A stretch of 64,000 nucleotides of DNA from Balanoglossus misakiensis (taxonomy: Eukaryota; Animalia; Hemichordata). Where the stretch lies: contig CM082582.2 of assembly GCA_040954595.2 (NCBI GenBank), positions 7,256,063-7,320,062 on the forward strand, read 5' to 3'. Below, piece after piece: positions 51,901 through 64,000 of the stretch. Below the pieces are notes generated by a model, which did no database searches, was not told where the DNA came from, and saw only the letters and a program-made list of their open reading frames with translations. The stretch's first letter is position 1. Each line of letters opens with the position of its first letter. Position numbers and translations under genes: made by a program.

Positions 51901-54900
51901 ATGAAGAAATTTTGATCATTCGCAAAGTCGAAAAATTGTCATTTTTTGATGATTTTCATGGGCTATAACCCATGGTTTTTGTGAAAAAATGAAGAAATTT
52001 TGATCATTCGCAAAGTCGAAAAATTGTCATTTTTTGATGATTTTCATGGGCTATAACCCATGGTTTTTGTGAAAAAATGAAGAAATTTTGATCATTCGCA
52101 AAGTCGAAAAATTGTCATTTTTTGATGATTTTCATGGGCTATAACCCATGGTTTTTGTGAAAAAATGAAGAAATTTTGATCATTCGCAAAGTCGAAAAAT
52201 TGTCATTTTTTGATGATTTTCATGGGCTATAACCCATGGTTTTTGTGAAAAAATGAAGAAATTTTGATAATTCGCAAAGTCGAAAAACTGTCATTTTTTG
52301 ATGATTTTCATGGGCTATAACCCATGGTTTTTGCGAAAAAATGAAGAAATTTTGATCATTCGCAAAGTCGAAAAATTGTCATTTTTTGATGATTTTCATG
52401 GGCTATAACCCATGGTTTTTGTGAAAAAATGAAGAAATTTTGATCATTCGCAAAGTCGAAAAATTGTCATTTTTTGATGATTTTCATGGGCTATAACCCA
52501 TGGTTTTTGTGAAAAAATGAAGAAATTTTGATAATTCGCAAAGTCGAAAAATTGTTTTTTTTTGATGATTTTCATGGGCTATAACCCATGGTTTTTGTGA
52601 AAAGATGAAGAAATTTTGATCATTCGCAAAGTCGAAAAATTGTCATTTTTTGATGATTTTCATGGGCTATAACCCATGGTTTTTGTGAAAAAATGAAGAA
52701 ACTTTGATCATTCGCAAAGTCGAAAAATTGTCATTTTTTGATGATTTTCATGGGCTATAACCCATGGTTTTTGTGAAAAAATGAAGAAATATTGATAATT
52801 CGCAAAGTCGAAAAATTTTCATTTTTTGATGATTTTCATGGGCTATAACCCATGGTTTTTGTGAAAAAATGAAGAAATTTTGATCATTCGCAAAGTCGAA
52901 AAATTGTCATTTTTTGATGATTTTCATGGGCTATAACCCATGGTTTTTGTGAAAAAATGAAGAAATTTTGATCATTCGCAAAGTCGAAAAATTGTCATTT
53001 TTTGATGATTTTCACGGGCTATAACCCATGGTTTTTGTGAAAAAATGAAGAAATTTTGATCATTCGCAAAGTCGAAAAATTGTCATTTTTTGATGATTTT
53101 CACGGGCTATAACCCATGGTTTTTGTGAAAAAATGAAGAAATTTTGATCATTCGCAAAGTCGAAAAATTGTCATTTTTTGATGATTTTCACGGGCTATAA
53201 CCCATGGTTTTTGTGAAAAAATGAAGAAATTTTGATCATTCGCAAAGTCGAAAAATTGTCATATTTTGATGATTTTCATGGGCTATAACCCATGGTTTTT
53301 GTGAAAAAATGAAGAAATTTTGATAATTCGCAAAGTCGAAAAATTGTCATTTTTTGATGATTTTCATGGGCTATAACCCATGGTTTTTGTGTAAAAATGA
53401 AGAAATTTTGATCATTCGCAAAGTCGAAAAATTGTCATATTTTGATGATTTTCATGGGCTGTAACCCATGGTTTTTGTGAAAAAATGAAGAAATTTTGAT
53501 AATTCGCAAAGTCGAAAAATTGTCATTTTTTGATGATTTTCATGGGCTATATCCATGGTTTTTGTGAAAAAATGAAGAAATTTTGATAATTCGCAAAGTC
53601 GAAAAATTGTCATTTTTTGATGATTTTCATGGGCTATAACCCATGGTTTTTGTGAAAAAATGAAGAAATTTTGATAATTCGCAAAGTCGAAAAATTGTCA
53701 TTTTTTGATGATTTTCATGGGCTATAACCCATGGTTTTTGTGAAAAAATGAAGAAATTTTGATCATTCGCAAAGTCGAAAAATTGTCATTTTTTGATGAT
53801 TTTCATGGGCTATAACCCATGGTTTTTGTGAAAAAATGAAGAAATTTTGATAATTCGCAAAGTCGAAAAATTGTCATTTTTTGATGATTTTCATGGGCTA
53901 TAACCCATGGTTTTTGTGAAAAAATGAAGAAATTTTGATAATTCGCAAAGTCGAAAAATTGTCATTTTTTGATGATTTTCATGGGCTATAACCCATGGTT
54001 TTTGTGAAAAAATGAAGAAATTTTGATAATTCGCAATGTCGAAAAATTGTCATTTTTTGATGATTTTCATGGGCTATAACCCATGGTTTTTGTGAAAAAA
54101 ATGAAGAAATTTTGATAATTCGCAAAGTCGAAAAATTGTAATTTTTTGATGATTTTCATGGGCTATAACCCATGGTTTTTGTGAAAAAATGAAGAATTTT
54201 TGATAATTCGCAAAGTCGAAAAATTGTCATTTTTTGATGATTTTCATGGGCTATAACCCATGGTTTTTGTGAAAAAATGAAGAAATTTTGATCATTCGCA
54301 AAGTCGAAAAATTGTCATTTTTTGATGATTTTCATGGGCTATAACCCATGGTTTTTGTGAAAAAATGAAGAAATTTTGATCATTCGCAAAGTCGAAAAAT
54401 TGTCATTTTTTGATGATTTTCATGGGCTATAACCCATGGTTTTTGTGAAAAAATGAAGAAATTTTAATAATTCGCGTAGTCGAAAAATTGTCATTTTTTG
54501 ATGATTTTCATGGGCTATAACCCATGGTTTTTGTGAAAAAATGAAGAAATTTTGATAATTCGCAAAGTCGAAAAATTGTCATTTTTTGATGATTTTCATG
54601 GGCTATAACCCATGGTTTTTGTGAAAAAATGAAGAAATTTTGATAATACGCGAAATCGAAAAATTGTCATTTTTTGATGATTTTCATGGGCTATAACCCA
54701 TGGTTTTTGTGAAAAAATGAAGAAATTTTGATCATTCGCAAAGTCGAAAAATTGTCATATTTTGATGATTTTCATGGGCTATAACCCATGGTTTTTGTGA
54801 AAAAATGAAGAAATTTTGATCATTCGCAAAGTCGAAAAATTGTCATATTTTGATGATTTTCATGGGCTATAACCCATGGTTTTTGTGAAAAAATGAAGAA

Positions 54901-57900
54901 ATTTTGATCATTCGCAAAGTCGAAAAATTGTCATTTTTTGATGATTTTCATGGGCTATATCCATGGTTTTTGTGAAAAAATGAAGAAATCTTGATAATTC
55001 GCAAAGTCGAAAAATTGTCATTTTTTGATGATTTTCATGGGCTATAACCCATGGTTTTTGTGAAAAAATGAAGAAATTTTGATAATTCGCAAAGTCGAAA
55101 AATTGTCATTTTTTGATGATTTTCATGGGCTATAACCCATGGTTTTTGTGAAAAAATGAAGAAATTTTGATCATTCGCAAAGTCGAAAAATCGTCATTTT
55201 TTGATGATTTTCATGGGCTATAACCCATGGTTTTTGTGAAAAAATGAAGAAATTTTGATCATTCGCAAAGTCGAAGAATCGTCATTTTTTGATGATTTTC
55301 ATGGGCTATAACCCATGGTTTTTGTGAAAAAATGAAGAAATTTTGATCATTCGCAAAGTCGAAAAATTGTCATATTTTGATGATTTTCATGGGCTATAAC
55401 CCATGGTTTTTGTGAAAAAATGAAGAAATTTTGATCATTCGCAAAGTCGAAAAATTGTCATATTTTGATGATTTTCATGGGCTATAACCCATGGTTTTTG
55501 TGAAAAAATGAAGAAATTTTGATCATTCGCAAAGTCGAAAAATTGTCATTTTTTGATGATTTTCATGGGCTATATCCATGGTTTTTGTGAAAAAATGAAG
55601 AAATCTTGATAATTCGCAAAGTCGAAAAATTGTCATTTTTTGATGATTTTCATGGGCTATAACCCATGGTTTTTGTGAAAAAATGAAGAAATTTTGATAA
55701 TTCGCAAAGTCGAAAAATTGTCATTTTTTGATGATTTTCATGGGCTATAACCCATGGTTTTTGTGAAAAAATGAAGAAATTTTGATCATTCGCAAAGTCG
55801 AAAAATCGTCATTTTTTGATGATTTTCATGGGCTATAACCCATGGTTTTTGTGAAAAAATGAAGAAATTTTGATCATTCGCAAAGTCGAAGAATCGTCAT
55901 TTTTTGATGATTTTCATGGGCTATAACCCATGGTTTTTGTGAAAAAATGAAGAAATTTTGATCATTCGCAAAGTCGAAAAATCGTCATTTTTTGATGATT
56001 TTCATGGGCTATAACCCATGGTTTTTGTGAAAAAATGAAGAAATTTTGATCATTCGCAAAGTCGAAAAATCGTCATTTTTTGATGATTTTCATGGGCTAT
56101 AACCCATGGTTTTTGTGAAAAAATGAAGAAATTTTGATCATTCGCAAAGTCGAAAAATTGTCATTTTTTGATGATTTTCATGGGCTATAACCCATGGTTT
56201 TTGTGAAAAAATGAAGAAATTTTGATAATTCGCAAAGTCGAAAAATTGTCATTTTTTGATGATTTTCATGGGCTATAACCCATGGTTTTTGTGAAAAAAT
56301 GAAGAAATTTTGATTATTCGCAAAGTCGAAAAATTGTCATTTTTTGATGATTTTCATGGGCTATAACCCATGGTTTTTGTGAAAAAATGAAGAAATTTTG
56401 ATTATTCGCAAAGTCGAAAAATTGTCATTTTTTGATGATTTTCATGGACTATAACCCATGGTTTTTGTGAAAAAATGAAGAAATTTTGATAATTCGCAAA
56501 GTCGAAAAATTTTCATTTTTTGATGATTTTCATGGGCTATAACCCATGGTTTTTGTGAAAAAATGAAGAAATTTTGATAATTCGCAAAGTCGAAAAATTG
56601 TCATTTTTTGATGATTTTCATGGGCTATAACCCATGGTTTTTGTGAAAAAATGAAGAAATTTTGATAATTCGCAAAGTCGAAAAATTGTCATTTTTTGAT
56701 GATTTTCATGGGCTATAACCCATGGTTTTTGTGAAAAAATGAAGAAATTTTGATAATTCGCAAAGTCGAAAAATTGTCATTTTTTGATGATTTTCATGGG
56801 CTATAACCCATGGTTTTTGTGAAAAAATGAAGAAATTTTGATCATTCGCAAAGTCGAAGAATTGTCATTTTTTGATGATTTTCATGGGCTATAACCCATG
56901 GTTTTTGTGAAAAAATGAAGAAATTTTGATCATTCGCAAAGTCGAAGAATTGTCATTTTTTGATGATTTTCATGGGCTATAACCCATGGTTTTTGTGAAA
57001 AAATGAAGAAATTTTGATCATTCGCAAAGTCGAAGAATTGTCATTTTTTGATGATTTTCATGGGCTATAACCCATGGTTTTTGTGAAAAAATGAAGAAAT
57101 TTTGATCATTCGCAAAGTCGAAAAATTGTCATTTTTTGATGATTTTCATGGGCTATAACCCATGGTTTTTGTGAAAAAATGAAGAAATTTTGATCATTCG
57201 CAAAGTCGAAAAATTGTCATTTTTTGATGATTTTCATGGGCTATAACCCATGGTTTTTGTGAAAAAATGAAGAAATTTTGATCATTCGCAAAGTCGAAAA
57301 ATTGTCATTTTTTGATGATTTTCATGGGCTATAACCCATGGTTTTTGTGAAAAAATGAAGAAATTTTGATCATTCGCAAAGTCGAAAAATTGTCATTTTT
57401 TGATGATTTTCATGGGCTATAACCCATGGTTTTTGTGAAAAAATGAAGAAATTTTGATCATTCGCAAAGTCGAAAAATTGTCATTTTTTGATGATTTTCA
57501 TGGGCTATAACCCATGGTTTTTGTGTAAAAATGAAGAAATTTTGATAATTCGCAAAGTCGAAAAATTGTCATTTTTTGATGATTTTCATGGGCTATAACC
57601 CATGGTTTTTGTGAAAAAATGAAGAAATTTTGATAATTCGCAAAGTCGAAAAATTGTCATTTTTTGATGATTTTCATGGGCTATAACCCATGGTTTTTGT
57701 GAAAAAATGAAGAAATTTTGATAATTCGCAAAGTCGAAAAATTGTCATTTTTTGATGATTTTCATGGGCTATAACCCATGGTTTTTGTGAAAAAATGAAG
57801 AAATTTTGATCATTCGCAAAGTCGAAAAATTGTCATTTTTTGATGATTTTCATGGGCTATAACCCATGGTTTTTGTGAAAAAATGAAGAAATTTTGATAA

Positions 57901-60900
57901 TTCGCAAAGTCGAAAAATTGTCATTTTTTGATGATTTTCATGGGCTATAACCCATGGTTTTTGTGAAAAAATGAAGAAATTTTGATCATTCGCAAAGTCG
58001 AAGAATTGTCATTTTTTGATGATTTTCATGGGCTATATCCATGGTTTTTGTGAAAAAATGAAGAAATCTTGATAATTCGCAAAGTCGAAAAATTGTCATT
58101 TTTTGATGATTTTCATGGGCTATAACCCATGGTTTTTGTGAAAAAATGAAGAAATTTTGATAATTCGCAAAGTCGAAAAATTGTCATTTTTTGATGATTT
58201 TCATGGGCTATAACCCATGGTTTTTGTGAAAAAATGAAGAAATTTTGATCATTCGCAAAGTCGAAAAATCGTCATTTTTTGATGATTTTCATGGGCTATA
58301 ACCCATGGTTTTTGTGAAAAAATGAAGAAATTTTGATCATTCGCAAAGTCGAAGAATCGTCATTTTTTGATGATTTTCATGGGCTATAACCCATGGTTTT
58401 TGTGAAAAAATGAAGAAATTTTGATCATTCGCAAAGTCGAAAAATCGTCATTTTTTGATGATTTTCATGGGCTATAACCCATGGTTTTTGTGAAAAAATG
58501 AAGAAATTTTGATCATTCGCAAAGTCGAAAAATTGTCATTTTTTGATGATTTTCATGGGCTATAACCCATGGTTTTTGTGAAAAAATGAAGAAATTTTGA
58601 TAATTCGCAAAGTCGAAAAATTGTCATTTTTTGATGATTTTCATGGGCTATAACCCATGGTTTTTGTGAAAAAATGAAGAAATTTTGATTATTCGCAAAG
58701 TCGAAAAATTGTCATTTTTTGATGATTTTCATGGGCTATAACCCATGGTTTTTGTGAAAAAATGAAGAAATTTTGATTATTCGCAAAGTCGAAAAATTGT
58801 CATTTTTTGATGATTTTCATGGGCTATAACCCATGGTTTTTGTGAAAAAATGAAGAAATTTTGATAATTCGCAAAGTCGAAAAATTTTCATTTTTTGATG
58901 ATTTTCATGGGCTATAACCCATGGTTTTTGTGAAAAAATGAAGAAATTTTGATAATTCGCAAAGTCGAAAAATTGTCATTTTTTGATGATTTTCATGGGC
59001 TATAACCCATGGTTTTTGTGAAAAAATGAAGAAATTTTGATAATTCGCAAAGTCGAAAAATTGTCATTTTTTGATGATTTTCATGGGCTATAACCCATGG
59101 TTTTTGTGAAAAAATGAAGAAATTTTGATAATTCGCAAAGTCGAAAAATTGTCATTTTTTGATGATTTTCATGGGCTATAACCCATGGTTTTTGTGAAAA
59201 AATGAAGAAATTTTGATCATTCGCAAAGTCGAAGAATTGTCATTTTTTGATGATTTTCATGGGCTATAACCCATGGTTTTTGTGAAAAAATGAAGAAATT
59301 TTGATCATTCGCAAAGTCGAAGAATTGTCATTTTTTGATGATTTTCATGGGCTATAACCCATGGTTTTTGTGAAAAAATGAAGAAATTTTGATCATTCGC
59401 AAAGTCGAAGAATTGTCATTTTTTGATGATTTTCATGGGCTATAACCCATGGTTTTTGTGAAAAAATGAAGAAATTTTGATCATTCGCAAAGTCGAAAAA
59501 TTGTCATTTTTTGATGATTTTCATGGGCTATAACCCATGGTTTTTGTGAAAAAATGAAGAAATTTTGATCATTCGCAAAGTCGAAAAATTGTCATTTTTT
59601 GATGATTTTCATGGGCTATAACCCATGGTTTTTGTGAAAAAATGAAGAAATTTTGATCATTCGCAAAGTCGAAAAATTGTCATTTTTTGATGATTTTCAT
59701 GGGCTATAACCCATGGTTTTTGTGAAAAAATGAAGAAATTTTGATCATTCGCAAAGTCGAAAAATTGTCATTTTTTGATGATTTTCATGGGCTATAACCC
59801 ATGGTTTTTGTGAAAAAATGAAGAAATTTTGATCATTCGCAAAGTCGAAAAATTGTCATTTTTTGATGATTTTCATGGGCTATAACCCATGGTTTTTGTG
59901 TAAAAATGAAGAAATTTTGATAATTCGCAAAGTCGAAAAATTGTCATTTTTTGATGATTTTCATGGGCTATAACCCATGGTTTTTGTGAAAAAATGAAGA
60001 AATTTTGATAATTCGCAAAGTCGAAAAATTGTCATTTTTTGATGATTTTCATGGGCTATAACCCATGGTTTTTGTGAAAAAATGAAGAAATTTTGATAAT
60101 TCGCAAAGTCGAAAAATTGTCATTTTTTGATGATTTTCATGGGCTATAACCCATGGTTTTTGTGAAAAAATGAAGAAATTTTGATCATTCGCAAAGTCGA
60201 AAAATTGTCATTTTTTGATGATTTTCATGGGCTATAACCCATGGTTTTTGTGAAAAAATGAAGAAATTTTGATAATTCGCAAAGTCGAAAAATTGTCATT
60301 TTTTGATGATTTTCATGGGCTATAACCCATGGTTTTTGTGAAAAAATGAAGAAATTTTGATCATTCGCAAAGTCGAAGAATTGTCATTTTTTGATGATTT
60401 TCATGGGCTATAACCCATGGTTTTTGTGAAAAAATGAAGAAATTTTGATCATTCGCAAAGTCGAAGAATTGTCATTTTTTGATGATTTTCATGGGCTATA
60501 ACCCATGGTTTTTGTGAAAAAATGAAGAAATTTTGATCATTCGCAAAGTCGAAAAATTGTCATTTTTTGATGATTTTCATGGGCTATAACCCATGGTTTT
60601 TGTGAAAAAATGAAGAAATTTTGATCATTCGCAAAGTCGAAAAATTGTCATTTTTTGATGATTTTCATGGGCTATAACCCATGGTTTTTGTGAAAAAATG
60701 AAGAAATTTTGATCATTCGCAAAGTCGAAAAATTGTCATTTTTTGATGATTTTCATGGGCTATAACCCATGGTTTTTGTGAAAAAATGAAGAAATTTTGA
60801 TCATTCGCAAAGTCGAAAAATTGTCATTTTTTGATGATTTTCATGGGCTATAACCCATGGTTTTTGTGAAAAAATGAAGAAATTTTGATCATTCGCAAAG

Positions 60901-63900
60901 TCGAAAAATTGTCATTTTTTGATGATTTTCATGGGCTATAACCCATGGTTTTTGTGAAAAAATGAAGAAATTTTGATTATTCGCAAAGTCGAAAAATTGT
61001 CATTTTTTGATGATTTTCATGGGCTATAACCCATGGTTTTTGTGAAAAAATGAAGAAATTTTGATTATTCGCAAAGTCGAAAAATTGTCATTTTTTGATG
61101 ATTTTCATGGGCTATAACCCATGGTTTTTGTGAAAAAATGAAGAAATTTTGATAATTCGCAAAGTCGAAAAATTTTCATTTTTTGATGATTTTCATGGGC
61201 TATAACCCATGGTTTTTGTGAAAAAATGAAGAAATTTTGATAATTCGCAAAGTCGAAAAATTGTCATTTTTTGATGATTTTCATGGGCTATAACCCATGG
61301 TTTTTGTGAAAAAATGAAGAAATTTTGATAATTCGCAAAGTCGAAAAATTGTCATTTTTTGATGATTTTCATGGGCTATAACCCATGGTTTTTGTGAAAA
61401 AATGAAGAAATTTTGATCATTCGCAAAGTCGAAGAATTGTCATTTTTTGATGATTTTCATGGGCTATAACCCATGGTTTTTGTGAAAAAATGAAGAAATT
61501 TTGATCATTCGCAAAGTCGAAGAATTGTCATTTTTTGATGATTTTCATGGGCTATAACCCATGGTTTTTGTGAAAAAATGAAGAAATTTTGATCATTCGC
61601 AAAGTCGAAGAATTGTCATTTTTTGATGATTTTCATGGGCTATAACCCATGGTTTTTGTGAAAAAATGAAGAAATTTTGATCATTCGCAAAGTCGAAAAA
61701 TTGTCATTTTTTGATGATTTTCATGGGCTATAACCCATGGTTTTTGTGAAAAAATGAAGAAATTTTGATCATTCGCAAAGTCGAAAAATTGTCATTTTTT
61801 GATGATTTTCATGGGCTATAACCCATGGTTTTTGTGAAAAAATGAAGAAATTTTGATCATTCGCAAAGTCGAAAAATTGTCATTTTTTGATGATTTTCAT
61901 GGGCTATAACCCATGGTTTTTGTGAAAAAATGAAGAAATTTTGATCATTCGCAAAGTCGAAAAATTGTCATTTTTTGATGATTTTCATGGGCTATAACCC
62001 ATGGTTTTTGTGAAAAAATGAAGAAATTTTGATCATTCGCAAAGTCGAAAAATTGTCATTTTTTGATGATTTTCATGGGCTATAACCCATGGTTTTTGTG
62101 TAAAAATGAAGAAATTTTGATAATTCGCAAAGTCGAAAAATTGTCATTTTTTGATGATTTTCATGGGCTATAACCCATGGTTTTTGTGAAAAAATGAAGA
62201 AATTTTGATAATTCGCAAAGTCGAAAAATTGTCATTTTTTGATGATTTTCATGGGCTATAACCCATGGTTTTTGTGAAAAAATGAAGAAATTTTGATAAT
62301 TCGCAAAGTCGAAAAATTGTCATTTTTTGATGATTTTCATGGGCTATAACCCATGGTTTTTGTGAAAAAATGAAGAAATTTTGATAATTCGCAAAGTCGA
62401 AAAATTGTCATTTTTTGATGATTTTCATGGGCTATAACCCATGGTTTTTGTGAAAAAATGAAGAAATTTTGATCATTCGCAAAGTCGAAAAATTGTCATT
62501 TTTTGATGATTTTCATGGGCTATAACCCATGGTTTTTGTGAAAAAATGAAGAAATTTTGATAATTCGCAAAGTCGAAAAATTGTCATTTTTTGATGATTT
62601 TCATGGGCTATAACCCATGGTTTTTGTGAAAAAATGAAGAAATTTTGATAATTCGCAAAGTCGAAAAATTGTCATTTTTTGATGATTTTCATGGGCTATA
62701 ACCCATGGTTTTTGTGAAAAAATGAAGAAATTTTGATAATTCGCAAAGTCGAAAAATTGTCATTTTTTGATGATTTTCATGGGCTATAACCCATGGTTTT
62801 TGTGAAAAAATGAAGAAATTTTGATCATTCGCAAAGTCGAAAAATTGTCATTTTTTGATGATTTTCATGGGCTATAACCCATGGTTTTTGTGAAAAAATG
62901 AAGAAATTTTGATAATTCGCAAAGTCGAAAAATTGTCATTTTTTGATGATTTTCATGGGCTATAACCCATGGTTTTTGTGAAAAAATGAAGAAAATTTGA
63001 TAATTCGCAAAGTCGAAAAATTGTCATTTTTTGATGATTTTCATGGGCTATAACCCATGGTTTTTGTGAAAAAATGAAGAAAATTTGATAATTCGCAAAG
63101 TCGAAAAATTGTCATTTTTTGATGATTTTCATGGGCTATAACCCATGGTTTTTGTGTAAAAATGAAGAAAATTTGATAATTCGCAAAGTCGAAAAATTTT
63201 CATTTTTTGATGATTTTCATGGGCTATAACCCATGGTTTTTGTGAAAAAATGAAGAAATTTTGATAATTCGCAAAGTCGGAAAATTTTCATTTTTTGATG
63301 ATTTTCATGGGCTATAACCCATGGTTTTTGTGAAAAAATGAAGAAATTTTGATCATTCGCAAAGTCGAAGAATTTTCATTTTTTGATGATTTTCATGGGC
63401 TATAACCCATGGTTTTTGTGAAAAAATGAAGAAATTTTGATCATTCGCAAAGTCGAAGAATTGTCATTTTTTGATGATTTTCATGGGCTATAACCCATGG
63501 TTTTTGTGAAAAAATGAAGAAATTTTGATAATTCGCAAAGTCGAAAAATTGTCATTTTTTGATGATTTTCATGGGCTATAACCCATGTTTTTTGTGAAAA
63601 AATGAAGAAATTTTGATAATTCGCAAAGTCGAAAAATTGTCATTTTTTGGTGATTTTCATAGGCTATAACCCATGGTTTTTGTGAAAAAATGAAGAAATT
63701 TTCATAATTCGCAAAGTCGAAAAATTGTCATTTTTTGATGATTTTCATGGGCTATAACCCATGGTTTTTGTGAAAAAATGAAGAAATTTTCATAATTCGC
63801 AAAGTCGAAAAATTGTCATTTTTGATGATTTTCATAGGCTATAACCCATGGTTTTTGTGAAAAAATGAAGAAATTTTGATCATTCGCAAAGTCGAAGAAT

Positions 63901-64000
63901 TGTCATTTTTTGATGATTTTCATGGGCTATAACCCATGGTTTTTGTGAAAAAATGAAGAAATTTTGATCATTCGCAAAGTCGAAAAATTGTCATTTTTTG
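48969..64000 (-). repeat. 88-bp satellite, inverted block (~170 monomers), runs off the window end
   Basis: Reverse complement of the same monomer (ATAACCCATGGTTTTTGTGAAAAAATGAAGAAATTTTGATMATTCGCAAAGTCGAAAAATTGTCATTTTTTGATGATTTTCATGGGCT), highly homogeneous, uninterrupted to 64000. Confidence 0.97.

Noticed and set aside
47012-64000. CRISPR-like array of palindromic repeats
   Set aside because: Monomers are contiguous and near-identical with no unique spacers; no cas genes; the context is eukaryotic with spliceosomal introns.

Overview
Animal (probably invertebrate deuterostome) genomic DNA at the junction between a gene-bearing arm and a large satellite array. Left to right: a complete 9-exon gamma-SNAP gene (NAPG, +, 4709-27749, 312 aa) with one U12-type intron; a convergent MEAK7/TLDC1 gene with 8 coding exons (-, 34085-30152, 479 aa); a head-to-tail array of four intact two-exon paralogues (34974-41999, 275-279 aa) whose motifs resemble double-hotdog acyl-ACP/acyl-CoA thioesterases and which end in a peroxisomal PTS1 (SKL, SKL, SKL, one SNL); a tRNA-Leu(TAA); a promoter-like, splice-site-rich non-coding segment; a ~130-bp minisatellite; and about 17 kb of an 88-bp AT-rich satellite with a strand inversion at ~48965 and higher-order repeats. 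The strongest candidate for an undescribed system is the thioesterase-like array, where the N-terminal half has diversified and the C-terminal half is homogenised. All family assignments come from motif recognition by eye, not from database searches.
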